DNA of 64,000 bases, taken from NCBI GenBank assembly GCA_963805975.1, contig CAWDVR010000005.1, positions 320,001 to 384,000 on the forward strand. Direction: 5' to 3'. This document shows, one piece after another, positions 30,315-43,456 of this stretch (positions within the stretch are counted from its first letter, which is position 1; each line of letters starts with the position of its first letter). The position numbers were made by a program, and so were the translations under genes. The notes beneath the pieces were generated by a model. It made no database searches and was not told where the DNA came from. It saw nothing but the letters and a program-made list of their open reading frames with translations. Source of the stretch: an uncultured Acidobacteriota bacterium (lineage in GTDB: Bacteria > Acidobacteriota > Thermoanaerobaculia > Multivoradales > SZUA-115).

Positions 30315-32260
30315 GGGGCCGAGGCCTCGCTCGACGAGCAACCGGAGTCTTCGCTCTCCCTCGGCCGCGAGGAGATCGAGAACCTGCCCCACCTCGGCGG
30401 GGACGTGTTCCGGGCCACCTCGCTCCTGCCCGGGGTGGCGGCCAACGACGTCTCCGCCCAGTTCAGCGTGCACGGCGGGCGCCGCGACGAGGTCAAGGTG
30501 CTGCTCGACGGGCAGGAGATCTACGGCACCTTCCACCTCAAGGACTACGACAACGCGCTGTCGATCGTCTCCTCCCGCATCCTCGCCGGTGCCGACCTCT
30601 CGACCGGCGCCTACCCGGCGGACCACGGCGACCGCATGAGCGGGGTGCTCGATTTGACGACCACCGAGCCCGCGGGCGGCAGGCAGTTCGTGCTCGGTCT
30701 CTCGGTGCTCGACCTGCAAGCCTCGGCCGCGGACCGCTTCGCCGAAGACCGCGGCGCCTGGCTCGCGACCGGCCGCCGTGGCTCCCTCGATCTCGCCGGT
30801 GATGCGATCGGCAAGGAGAACCCGCGGTTCTGGGACCTGTTCGGCAAGGTCTCGCTGGCGGGCGCTCTCGGCCAGGTGAGCGGCCGCGTGCTCGCCGCGG
30901 GCGACGGGCTGGCGATCGACACCGAGGCGGAGGACGGCTTCGAGCGCCTGGCGAACGACTATCAGAGCACCTACGGCTGGCTCAACCACCAGGCCGGGGG
31001 CAGGCGGCTGCTGGTCGAGACCCTCGCCTCGTGGTCCGGGATCGACACCGACCGCGGCGGCGCCGGCAGCGACGAGGAAGGCGGCCACCAGCTCGTGGAT
31101 CGGCGCGACCTCGAGGTGCTGGCGCTCGCCCAGACCTGGAACCTCGAGATCGCGTCGCGGCACCTCGCCCGCTGGGGATGGGAGGTCCGCGGCTACGACG
31201 TCGCCTTCGACTACGCGAAGCGGCTGGACCCGGACGTAGTGGTGATCGCGCCCTTCTCTCCTCCCCGCCGCATCGAGCACGGCCTCTCGGGTCGCTCTCG
31301 GGCGAGCACCTGGGGTTCTGGGCGAGCGACCGCTTCTCTTGGCGCAACCGGCTGACGGCCGAGCTGGGGCTACGCTACGACCGCCACACTGCCACCGACG
31401 ACACGCTGCTTTCCCCGCGCGTGAACCTGGCGTGGCAGTTGGGGGAGCGGAGCGTGGTGCGGGCGGCCTGGGGGCGGTTCTTCCAGAGCCAGCGCCCGTA
31501 CGAGCTCGAGGTCGAGGACGGGGAGAGCACGCTCTCCCGGCCGAGCGCGCGGCGCACTCGGTGCTCGGCTACGAAGCCCTGCTGCCGGCTAACCGGCTCG
31601 GCCTCGAGGCCGTCGGGTCGAGCTCTTCCGGCGCGACGTCGAGGATCCGCGCCCGCGCTACGAGCACCTGCTCGAGCCGGTGAACTTCTTCCCCGAGATC
31701 GAGCCCGACCGGGTGCGCATCGCCCCCGAGCGCAGCGCGGCCGAAGGGATCGAGCTGCTGGTGAAGGGCAGCCACGGCGAGCGCTTCGACTGGTGGCTCG
31801 CCTACTCCTACGCCCGCGCCAGGGACCGGCTGGCGGGCGAGAAGGTACCGCGATCGCTCGACCGCGGCACACGTTGAACGTGGCGCTCAACGACCGGCTG
31901 GGGAAAAGCTGGTGTTGAACCTCGCCTGGCGGTACCACACCGGCTGGCCCACGACCCCGGTCGAGGCGCGCCTGGTGCCGGACCCCGAGGATCCGGAGGA
32001 GCTCGAGCTGGTCGGGGTGTTCGGGCGTCTGAACAGCCGGCGCCTGCCCGCCTACCACCGCCTGGACCTGCGCGCTGAGCCGCCGCTGGGAGCTCTCCGC
32101 GAGCCGGCTGACGGCCTATCTCGACGTCCAGAACCTCTACGACCGCAGAAACCTCGCCGGCTTCGACGTCTCGCTCGACGAGGGCGCGGGCGTGGTGGAG
32201 CTCGAGAACGAGGACTGGCCGGGGATCTTTCCGTCGGTGGGTATTACCTGGACTTTTTAG
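30311..32260 (+). pseudogene. TonB-dependent receptor, 5'-truncated and multiply frameshifted
   Basis: Plug (LPHLGGDVFR..LLPGV, SVHGG), LSPRVNLAW, RLPAYHRLDLR and terminal GITWTF* are spread over several frames. Confidence 0.75.
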
Positions 32261-32275
32261 AGGGGGCCTTCTGAG

Positions 32276-33334
32276 TCAGCGCCGCCGCACGATCAGCGTT
32301 CCGCCTGCGAGCTCTCCCTCGAGCCCCGCGCCGGGGAGGACGACGAAGGGGGCCTGGTCCGGCCGCAGCCCGCCGATCCCTCCGCGGAGCACGATCTCGC
32401 GCGCCGGGCGGGCCAGCTCTTCGTTGGCGAAGCGGATCTGCCAGCCGGTCTCGCGCGCCACCCAGTCGAGGAAGTCCCCGACCTTCCGGCCCTCGACCTC
32501 GAAGCGGGCGGCGGCGAGCACCCAATCCCACTCCGGGCCGTAGGGGGCGCGCGCGCGCCGCGCCTCGGTTCCGTCGCGGTAGAGCACCAATTCCTCCCCG
32601 GCGGGCGCCACGCGGGTGCTCCCGTCGCGCTCCACCTCCACCGCCCCGTCGCGGACCTGGACGGAGAGCGCACCGCCTTGGCCGTCGACGCGGACGGCGA
32701 ACCGCGTGCCGATGTCGCGCGCCGTACCGAGCGGCGTTTCTACGGCGAGGCGCGCGCCCGCCCCGGCCCCGGTGTCGGCATAGACCGCTCCCTGCGCGAG
32801 GGAGATCTCGGTGGCCGACACGAAGTGCAGCCGGGTGGTCTTGTCGAGGCGCACGGAGACCCCGCTCGCGAGTGTCAGCAAGGCCCGGCTCGCGGGCTCG
32901 CCGGCGCCGGTCGAGAGGGCGGCCCCGGTGGGGATCGCCTCGCCCGGCGCGAGGGCGCGCGGCGTGCCGCCCGCGACTTCCATGGAAACCGGGCCGGTCG
33001 CGGCCTCGAGGCGGGCGACGCTCTGAACCTGGGCTCCCTGGGATCGAGTTCCGGGCGACACGCGCTCGCGTTGGGAGAACCACCACCAGCCGAGGCCGGA
33101 GGTGAGGGCGAGGGCGGCCGCCAGGGCCGCCGCGAGGGGCCAGGCCGGGCGGCGCCGGGTGGTGCGGGCGTGCCGCCGGAGCTGGAACCGCCAGGCGGAG
33201 CGCAGGTGGGCGTTGATCTCGTCGAGGTCCTCCTGCGGGATGGGCGGGCGCGGTCCGGCTCTCTCGAGCAGGCTCCGGACCTCGGCTTCCTCGGGGTCCG
33301 CGAAACGCCCGGCCGTGGTTTTTCTCTCATCCAT
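32276..33334 (-). CDS. FecR-like transmembrane anti-sigma/sensor
   Basis: Single TM; VRLDKTT, TPLGTARDIGTRFAV and VRDGAVEV FecR motifs. Confidence 0.85.
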   Translation of the reverse strand: MDERKTTAGRFADPEEAEVRSLLERAGPRPPIPQEDLDEINAHLRSAWRFQLRRHARTTRRRPAWPLAAALAAALALTSGLGWWWFSQRERVSPGTRSQGAQVQSVARLEAATGPVSMEVAGGTPRALAPGEAIPTGAALSTGAGEPASRALLTLASGVSVRLDKTTRLHFVSATEISLAQGAVYADTGAGAGARLAVETPLGTARDIGTRFAVRVDGQGGALSVQVRDGAVEVERDGSTRVAPAGEELVLYRDGTEARRARAPYGPEWDWVLAAARFEVEGRKVGDFLDWVARETGWQIRFANEELARPAREIVLRGGIGGLRPDQAPFVVLPGAGLEGELAGGTLIVRRR

Positions 33335-33911
33335 GGTCCCGCTCCTCGGCCCGCAGGCTCTCGTAGGTCCGCCGGAACGCCTCCCGTGCCCGGGTCAACA
33401 GCGACTCGGCCGCTTTCGGCGCCACTTCGAGGCGGGAGGCGATCTCTTTGACCGGCAGCTCTCCGACGTACTTCCACTCGAGCGCCCGCGCGTAGCGGGC
33501 TGGCAGCACGTCGAGCGCCATGTGCACACGCCGGGCCTCCTCCCGCGCGAGGAGCGCCGTCTCGGCATCGCCGGTCGAAGAGCGGCCGAAGCCGGGCTCC
33601 GGCTCTGCTTCGAGCTCGACCTCCGGCGGCGCCGTCCGCTGCCGCCTGAAGTGCATCAGCATCTCGTTACGGCAGCAGGCGCAAAGCCAGGTCAGGAGCG
33701 ACGCCTCGGCGCGATAGCCGTCGAGCTTCGAGAGCGCCTTGAGCATCGTCGTCTGCACCAGCTCGCGCGTCAGCTCGCGGTCGCCCGCGAGCCGGGCGTG
33801 GGCGAAGCGGTAGACGGCTGCCGTATAGCGCCCGCCGAACGCTTCGAAGGCGTCCTCGTCGCCCGCCAGCATGCGCCGGACGAGCTCCAGGTCTTCGAGA
33901 TGGTCGCCCAC
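33327..33911 (-). CDS. ECF sigma factor
   Basis: GDEDAF, LLTWL and region 4 (KEIASRLE..PKAAESLLTRAR); coupled to the FecR-like gene. Confidence 0.9.
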   Translation of the reverse strand: MGDHLEDLELVRRMLAGDEDAFEAFGGRYTAAVYRFAHARLAGDRELTRELVQTTMLKALSKLDGYRAEASLLTWLCACCRNEMLMHFRRQRTAPPEVELEAEPEPGFGRSSTGDAETALLAREEARRVHMALDVLPARYARALEWKYVGELPVKEIASRLEVAPKAAESLLTRAREAFRRTYESLRAEERDHG

Positions 33912-33927
33912 GCCTCGCCTCGAGCTC

Positions 33928-34287
33928 TCAGTCGCGCTCGAAGTCGGTGAGCGTCAGATCGTTGTCGATCACCAACCCCACCTCCGGGCAGTAGACCTTG
34001 ACGCTCTCCGCGCCCGGCTCGAGCGGCGTGGTCTCGAGCACTCCGACGCAGTCGTCGAAGGTCTCGTCCGCGGCGTCGACCACGAGCCCCATCTCGACGT
34101 GCTCGGCGCGGTCGAGAGCCACGCCGGGAGCGATCTCCTGGAAGTAGCGCGAGCCCAGGAGGAAGCGGGCCGGGAAGATGATACCCGGCTGCGCGCCGCC
34201 GACACCGGCCTGCCAGGAGCCCTCGTGCGAGACGATCTCCCCGTCCTCGTAGAAATCGACCGCTTCGCCGAAATAGAAGACGTCGTT
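33928..34287 (-). pseudogene. 3' fragment of an uncharacterised protein (YFGE...GSWQAG..GAQPG family)
   Basis: Open frame NDVFYFGEAVDFYEDGEIVSHEGSWQAGVGGAQPGII...YCPEVGLV with no valid start. Confidence 0.55.
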
Positions 34288-34431
34288 GGTTGAACGGATG
34301 GTCTTGGTGCTCTTGGGTGATCCTCCGTTGAATAGCCGAGGCTCTGAAGAAGTCCATCGAGGCCGGCAGGTCTTTGACGGGCAGGTTGACGAAGATCTTG
34401 GTGCTCATGGGTGGTCCTCCTGTTGGATAGC
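34288..34431 (-). repeat. Degenerate ~48-bp direct repeat covering the RBS and start of a truncated VOC/glyoxalase gene
   Basis: 34384-34431 and 34288-34336 both read approximately gctatycaac-ggaggayyacccawgagcaccaaga...tcaacc on the minus strand; the first copy gives MSTKIFVNLPVKDLPASMDFF. Confidence 0.6.
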
Positions 34432-34439
34432 GTCGCTCA

Positions 34440-35146
34440 TCCAGCGCCATGATACCGGCAACGACTACGAGGACGGCCAGATCGTGGGCCACGGCGGCGC
34501 CTGGCGGGCCGGCGTCGACGGCGCCAAGCCCGGCATCATCATGCTGGGCTCGCCGGTGGTGGGTGCCAGGTACTACCAGGAGCTCGCCCCCGGCGTGGCC
34601 GAGGACCGCGGGGAGGTGACGGGGATCGACGGCGAGGCCGAGGTTCCGGCCGGGACCTTCGACCACGTGCTCAGCATCGTCGACACCAACCCCTTGAGCC
34701 CGGGAGGCAGCGGGGACCTGAAGCTCTACGCCCGTGGCGTGGGGATCATCGCGGACGAGGCGCTGGAGCTGGTGGAGATCACTCCTCCGCCCTGCCAGCC
34801 GGACGCCACCACGCACTGCCTGCAGAACGGCCGCTTCGAGGTGCAGGTCGAGTGGGGGGCCGCCCAGGGCACGAGCGGAGACGGCCAGGCCATCCTCGCC
34901 GCGGCCGACAGCGGCGAGTTCTGGTTCTTCAACGCCAACAACACCGAGCTCTTGGTCAAGGTGCTCGACGCCTGTGCCCTGCCCGAGTTCAACTCCTACT
35001 GGGTGTTCGCCGCCGGGCTGACCAACGTCGAGGTGACTCTGACCGTCACCGACACCAAGACCGGGGCCACCAAGGTTTACGAGAACCCGCAGGGCCGGAA
35101 CTTCAGGCCGGTGCTCGACACCGCGGCCTTCGCCACCTGCCCCTGA
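34440..35146 (+). pseudogene. 5'-truncated paralog of the 33928-34287 fragment, fused to a C-terminal 'CLQNGRF...ELLVKVLDAC' domain
   Basis: YEDGQIVGHGGAWRAGVDGAKPGII...YYQELAPGVAEDR, followed by the Cys-flanked domain ending FATCP*. Confidence 0.6.
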
Positions 35147-35160
35147 AGAGGAGAGGCCGC

Positions 35161-35191
35161 AAAAGAAAAGGGGACCGCTTGGGCGGTCCCC
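35161..35191 (-). terminator. Intrinsic terminator of the TonB receptor gene
   Basis: GGGGACCGC-ttgg-GCGGTCCCC stem-loop followed by TTTTCTTTT on the minus strand. Confidence 0.85.
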
Positions 35192-35220
35192 TCGTGTGGC
35201 CCGACGATGCTGCCGGAGGC

Positions 35221-38200
35221 TCAGAAGGTGAGGCGCACGCCGATCTTGGCCTGCCAGCGGGAGCGCAGGTCGTCGGCGGAGAAGCGGGCGTCGGGGTTGG
35301 TGACGGTCAGCCGGTAGATCGGCTTGCCGGTGGCCGCGTCGACGCCGGCCAGGTTGACGGGCGAGATCTCGTCGAACTGCACGTAGCGCACCCGGCCCGA
35401 GTCGCTGTCGAACACGTTGGCGAGGTTCAGCAGGTCGAGGATCAGGCTCAAGCGGAAGCGGCTGATCGGGATCGACTGCTCGACGTGGACGTCGAGCTGG
35501 TGGAACCAGGGGGCACGCGAGGCGTTGCGCTCGACGATGCCGCCACGGGCGTCGGACAGGCCCTCGTCGGCGTTGACGTAAGAGTTGAACAGCGCCCACT
35601 GCGAGTTCTGGATCGCGGCATCACGGGTCTGAGCGGCGCAGGTCGCCGCCACGGTGCTGGTGCAGAACAGCACGTCGGACTGGCTGCCGGGCACGAAGAG
35701 CAGGTCGTTGTCGTTGGCGTCGCCGTTGATGTCGTTGGCGAACGTCGTCGAGTACGGCCGGCCGGACTGGGCGTTGTAGAAGAACGAGAAGGTGGTGGGA
35801 GCCTTCTCCCAGAACCGGGCCTGGTAGGAGGCTGAGGCGTTGAAGCGGTGCTCGATCTCGTAGTCCGAGGTGGAGAGCGCCGGGTTGTTCGGGTCGCCGG
35901 GCACGTAGACGAAGCGCCAGTTCGAGACCGCCTGGCTGGAGTTGCCGTCGTTGATCGACTCGGCGTCGCCGAAGGCGTAGGAGACGGACGCCGCGATGCC
36001 GTTGCGGAACGGCCGCTCGAGCTTCAGGGCGGCCGTCAACTGGTCGCCCTCGGAGGTATTGGTGAGGAGGATCACGTCGCTGAAACGCGCGTCCTTGCGG
36101 CGGAAGGTCGGCCGGCCGTCGAAGCCCAGACGGTTGCCGGTGGGGATCACGTTGAGGTTCTCGTAGGCGATCTCTTCCTCGTTCTGCGAGTAGATCACCT
36201 CGGCCGAGGCGACCAGGCCCCAGAGGCCGAGGTCGTAGTCATAGGCCAGGTTGGTGCGCAGCACCTGCGGGAACTCGAAGTCGGGGTCGGTGAAGTCGAC
36301 CTCGTTGGTCACCGCGCCGCCGATCGAGGTCGGCTGGTTGAAGGGATCGGGGTTGAAGGGGATGTTGTTGTTGGCCGAGACCGTGCCGTTGACGCGGAAG
36401 GTCAGGCGGGTGAACTCGACGCCGGTGTTGCCGTACTGGTTCGAGAGCCAGACGTAGGGGGCGCGGCCGGAGAAGATGCCGACGCCGCCGCGCAGCTGCT
36501 GCTTGCCGTTGCTCGCCAGGTCCCAGTTGAAGCCGATGCGGGGCGACAGCAGCAGGTTGCCGTCCGGCAGCTCGCTGGTCGAGTAGCCGAAGACCTGCGA
36601 GGCCGTGGCGTTGAACGACGGCTCGTCCGGGAAGAAGGGCACGTCGGCGCGCACACCGAGGGTCAGCGTGACGTTCGGGCGCACGGTCCAGCGGTCACCG
36701 ACGTAGAGGCCGTACTGCTGCACGTCGAACTTGGCGGCCTGTTTGGGATTGCCGGTGTTCGAGAAGCTGTAGTCGTACTGCACGGCCCAGCCGTTCTCGA
36801 AGTCGGAGAGCGTGTTGAAGGTGTAGGCGCCGAAGTTGTCGCGGATGAACAGGTTCTCGAAACCGAAGAACTCGTTGTGGGTGCCGATCGTCAGCGTGTG
36901 GTCACCGGTGATCCAGGTGATGTCGTCGGTGATCTCCAGGATGTCCTGGTCGAGCGCGTTGGCCGCCGAGAAGCGCTCGGTGCCGGCCTCGAAGATGCGC
37001 GCGCCGGGCGTGCCGTTGACGTTCGAGATGCCGCGCACCTGCACGAAGGGGAAGGGATCGTTGCCGACCCGCGTGTCCTTGATCGTCTGGTAGGTGATGC
37101 GCGCCTCGTTGAACAGCGAGCCGCTGAGCACGCTGTTGAGCTGCAGCACGCTCGAGTTGGTCTCGTCCGTGAAGTGGTAGACGTCGTCCGGGAAGCGGTA
37201 GGTGGTCGCGCCCTGGAACAGGATGTCGTTGGTGGCGTCGATGTAGTTGTGGCGCAGCGTGAGCTGGTTCGAGGCGTTGGCGTTGAAGTCGAGGCGGCCG
37301 AAGATCATGTCGTTGTCGGTGGTGCGGGTGACCTCCGAGAAGCCGCCTGGATCGTAGCCGTAGCGGTTGACCAGCGTGTTGCGGAAGCGGGTGGCCTCGG
37401 CCACGGAGCCGAAGTTGACGCCGCTCGAGCCGTCGATCGAGAAGCCGCTCGGGCGGTCGCGGCGGTTGAGCTCGCCGTTGGCGAAAAAGAAGAGCTTGTC
37501 GCGGAGGATCGGGCCGCCGATCGACAGGCCGTACTGCGACTCCTCGAAGGTGCCGAACTCGCGGTCGTCGGGCCCGTCGCCCACGTAGTCTTCGCTGCGG
37601 GTGTAGTAGTAGGCCGAGCCCTGGAAGGCGTTGGTGCCGCTCTTGGTGATGGCGTTGACACCGCCGCCCGAGAAGCCGCCCTGCCGCACGTCGTAGGGCG
37701 CCACCAGGAGCTGCAGCTCCTGGATCGCGTCGAGGCTGACCGGCTGCGTCTCGGCCTGGCCCCCGGGGTTGCCCTGGGCGGCGAGACCGAAGAGGTCGTT
37801 GTTCACCGCGCCGTCGATCTGCACGTTGTTGTAGCGGTTGTTGCGCCCGGCGACGGTCAGGGCGGCAGGCCCGTCGTTGTCCGAGTTGGTGGAGAAGAAG
37901 GGGTTGGTGCGGGCGAAGTCCTCGATGCCGCGCGATACCGTGGGCAGGCTGACGATCGCCTCCGACGACACGTTGGAGGAGGCACCGGTCTTCGCCGGGT
38001 TGATCAGCGAGCTGCTCTCGCCGACCACGGTCACCGTCTCCTCGATGGTGGCGATCGGCAGCCTGAAGGTGAGGCTCTTGTCCTCGCCGAGGTTGACGAA
38101 GACGTCCGCCTGCTCCTGGTTCTTGAAGCCGTCGATCGCGACACTCACCGTGTACGGGCCGCCGACGCGGACGTTGAGCATGGAGAACCGGCCGTCGTCA

Positions 38201-38436
38201 CGCGTGGTCGCGGTGTACACGGTGCCGGTGGGCTGGTGGATGGCGGTCACCACCGTGCCGGGAAGGGCGGTCTCGCCCTCCTCGTCGGTGATCAGGCCGG
38301 AGAGAGTGCCCGTGGTGGAGCCCTGGGCAAAGGCCACCCCGGTCCAGCCGAGGGCCAAGACCAGGGCGAGGGCTAGGCAAGGCAGGAGCCTGCTGAGCAG
38401 GGCCGCCGGCCGAGGGTGAGTCAGGCTCGAATGCAT
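35221..38436 (-). CDS. Oar-like TonB-dependent receptor with an N-terminal carboxypeptidase-regulatory-like domain
   Basis: AGGAGG RBS, signal peptide, VGGPYTV, IDGAVNND, NAITKSGTN, SPRIGFNWD and terminal RLTF. Confidence 0.92.
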   Translation of the reverse strand: MHSSLTHPRPAALLSRLLPCLALALVLALGWTGVAFAQGSTTGTLSGLITDEEGETALPGTVVTAIHQPTGTVYTATTRDDGRFSMLNVRVGGPYTVSVAIDGFKNQEQADVFVNLGEDKSLTFRLPIATIEETVTVVGESSSLINPAKTGASSNVSSEAIVSLPTVSRGIEDFARTNPFFSTNSDNDGPAALTVAGRNNRYNNVQIDGAVNNDLFGLAAQGNPGGQAETQPVSLDAIQELQLLVAPYDVRQGGFSGGGVNAITKSGTNAFQGSAYYYTRSEDYVGDGPDDREFGTFEESQYGLSIGGPILRDKLFFFANGELNRRDRPSGFSIDGSSGVNFGSVAEATRFRNTLVNRYGYDPGGFSEVTRTTDNDMIFGRLDFNANASNQLTLRHNYIDATNDILFQGATTYRFPDDVYHFTDETNSSVLQLNSVLSGSLFNEARITYQTIKDTRVGNDPFPFVQVRGISNVNGTPGARIFEAGTERFSAANALDQDILEITDDITWITGDHTLTIGTHNEFFGFENLFIRDNFGAYTFNTLSDFENGWAVQYDYSFSNTGNPKQAAKFDVQQYGLYVGDRWTVRPNVTLTLGVRADVPFFPDEPSFNATASQVFGYSTSELPDGNLLLSPRIGFNWDLASNGKQQLRGGVGIFSGRAPYVWLSNQYGNTGVEFTRLTFRVNGTVSANNNIPFNPDPFNQPTSIGGAVTNEVDFTDPDFEFPQVLRTNLAYDYDLGLWGLVASAEVIYSQNEEEIAYENLNVIPTGNRLGFDGRPTFRRKDARFSDVILLTNTSEGDQLTAALKLERPFRNGIAASVSYAFGDAESINDGNSSQAVSNWRFVYVPGDPNNPALSTSDYEIEHRFNASASYQARFWEKAPTTFSFFYNAQSGRPYSTTFANDINGDANDNDLLFVPGSQSDVLFCTSTVAATCAAQTRDAAIQNSQWALFNSYVNADEGLSDARGGIVERNASRAPWFHQLDVHVEQSIPISRFRLSLILDLLNLANVFDSDSGRVRYVQFDEISPVNLAGVDAATGKPIYRLTVTNPDARFSADDLRSRWQAKIGVRLTF

Positions 38437-38695
38437 GGTGAATCCTCCTGGTATGCGGGGGCGTGGTCGTTCGGGCGGTATTCGGCTCGCCTGGGGAGCT
38501 TGCACATAGAGAGCGGGAGCTCCGAAGATGGACAGCGCAGGCCTCGGCGTCCTGCTAAGAGAAAACGGATCGGGGCGGAGCTTATACAGGTTCCCCGCCG
38601 CCTGGGAAGAGCCATTTCTTGAACGCCGTACGCCGGCTTCGTGGCAGGGGTGTGACGGCGCGGGCTAACCTACGATGGCCGCTGTCTTTTCGCTC

Positions 38696-39467
38696 TCAGG
38701 TGGCCTTGCGGTGCAGGTGGTGGGCGGTGGCCTGGTCGCGGGGGCGGACCACGATCTCGTCCACGTTGACGTGCGGCGGGCGGGTCGCCGCCCAGACGAT
38801 GCAGTCCGCCACGTCCTCGGCGGTGAGCGGCGTCAGGCCGCGGTAGACCGCCGCGGCGCGCTCGGCATCGCCCTCGAAACGGACCAGCGAGAACTCGGTT
38901 TCGACCAGGCCTGGGGCGATGTCGGTCACCCGCACCGGCTGCCCGAGGAGCTCGAGGCGCAGGGTGCGGGTGAGGGCGCGTTCGGCGTGCTTGGCGGCGG
39001 TGTAGCCGGCGCCGCCGGCGTAGGTCTCGAAGCCGGCGATCGAGCCCACGTTCACCACGTGCCCGTCCCCCGAGGCGAGGAGCGCCGGCAGCAGGCCACG
39101 GGTCATGCGGAGCGTGCCCAGCACGTTGGTGTCGAACATCTGCCGCCACTTGGCCTCGTCGGCCTCGCCGATCGACTCGAGGCCCACCGCGCCGCCGGCA
39201 TTGTTGACCAGGAGGTTCGACCGCCGGCACCGCCGCCGTGAAGGCGGCGACGCTCGCCGGGTCGGTGACGTCGAGCGGCAGGGCCCGGCCGCCGATCTCG
39301 GCCGCCAGCTTCTCCAGGCGGTCGAGGCGCCGGGCGCCGGCCACCACCTCGAAGCCCGCCGCGGCCAGGGCACGGGCGGTGGCCGCGCCGATGCCGGAGG
39401 AGGCCCCGGTCACGACCGCCACCTTGCGCCCCACGACCTTGTGTTGCGTCTCGCTCCCGCCGGGCAT
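38696..39467 (-). CDS. SDR oxidoreductase (YdfG-like) with a single frameshift near 39218
   Basis: TGASSGIG lies in one frame; NNAG and YTAAK lie in another. Confidence 0.8.
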
Positions 39468-39479
39468 CGCGGCAGTCTA

Positions 39480-39941
39480 TCAACCGGGCAAGCTGCCGCC
39501 GGCGGCGGCAGGGGCCTCGGCGTCGAGGCGCCGGGCCGCCGCCACCACTCCGCGCTCGTTGTCGAAGGTGATGCGGGCGAGCGCCTCCTCCCACGGCATC
39601 CAGGCGGCGCCCGAGACCTCGCGGCGGTCGAAGTTCCGGCAGTCTCCCTCGACGTACGAGAGCAGGAAGTAGTGCACCCGCTTGTGCACCCGCACCACGC
39701 GGCGCTCGACGAACCAGTACTCGATCTCGGGCAGGGGAAGGAGCACGCTGCCGGAGACCCCGGTCTCCTCGCGCACCTCGCGCACCGCCGCCTCCGGCGG
39801 CGTCTCGCCGGCCTCGACCCGGCCCTTGGGGAGCTGCCAGCGCCGGCCGCCGGCGGTCGAGATGAGCAGCACCTCGCCGCCGCGCACCACCAGCCCGCCG
39901 GCCGACACCTGATGCTCGTCGTTCATCGCTACGGGGTTCAT
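39480..39941 (-). CDS. NUDIX hydrolase
   Basis: Nudix box PKGRVEAGETPPEAAVREVREETG. Confidence 0.92.
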   Translation of the reverse strand: MNPVAMNDEHQVSAGGLVVRGGEVLLISTAGGRRWQLPKGRVEAGETPPEAAVREVREETGVSGSVLLPLPEIEYWFVERRVVRVHKRVHYFLLSYVEGDCRNFDRREVSGAAWMPWEEALARITFDNERGVVAAARRLDAEAPAAAGGSLPG

Positions 39942-39986
39942 GACTGGGCAGGGAAACGCGGCGAGCGCGCTCGCCGGCTCGGCTCT

Positions 39987-40574
39987 CTAGTTGGCGTTGC
40001 CGTCTCCGGCCGGAGGGGTCCAGGCCGGCAGGCTCCCGGGATCGATACCCACCGAGCGCACCGCCACCTCCCAGCTCGCGGCCCCCTCGGCGCCGAACAC
40101 CAGCTCGTGCGACACCGGCGCGGTCAGCCAGTCGTTGCGCAGGATCTCGTCGATCAACTGGCTCGAGCCCCAGCCGGCGTAGCCCAGGAACATGCGAAAG
40201 GCCTTGGGTGGCACGGCGGCGAGCTTGGCGAGGTCGCCCACGTGCTGGGTGATGGCGAGGCCCGGCAGCAGCTCGGCGGCGCCTTCGGGCTCCGGCCCCT
40301 CGCCGCCGGCCGGCGAGAACAGGATGCTGCCGAGCTCGGTCTGCACCGGGCCGCCGAAGTGGATCACCTCGCCGGGGTCGCCCTGCCAATCGATCTCCAT
40401 GCGCTCGAGGATGTCCGTGACCCGGATCTCCATCGGCCGGTTGACGATGAAGCCGAAGCTCCCTTCTTCGTCGTGATGGATCAGGAGGACCACGCTGTGC
40501 TGAAAAAAGGGATCGAGGACCTGCGGCATCGCCAGCAACAGCACGGGCGCCTTGAGTGCGGCGTCGGTGGCCAT
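39987..40574 (-). CDS. YqgE/AlgH family protein
   Basis: LLAMP..DPFF, GFIVNRP, GGPV and GYAGWG..QL..E motifs. Confidence 0.92.
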   Translation of the reverse strand: MATDAALKAPVLLLAMPQVLDPFFQHSVVLLIHHDEEGSFGFIVNRPMEIRVTDILERMEIDWQGDPGEVIHFGGPVQTELGSILFSPAGGEGPEPEGAAELLPGLAITQHVGDLAKLAAVPPKAFRMFLGYAGWGSSQLIDEILRNDWLTAPVSHELVFGAEGAASWEVAVRSVGIDPGSLPAWTPPAGDGNAN

Positions 40575-40684
40575 TTCGCGGCCATCTTAGCTCGAACCGG
40601 CTGCCATCCGCGCTTTCTTTGCGCTATCGTTTGGCCGCCGTTCGATAGGATTTGCGACCCGCCTTCGACCCCGAGGAGCTCAAG

Positions 40685-43441
<2,757 letters not shown>

Positions 43442-43456
43442 AGGGGAGGCTGCGGC

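Noticed and set aside
38440-38690. Cobalamin riboswitch upstream of the TonB receptor
   Set aside because: A CTGGGAAG string is present but on the wrong strand, and other B12-box elements are not evident.
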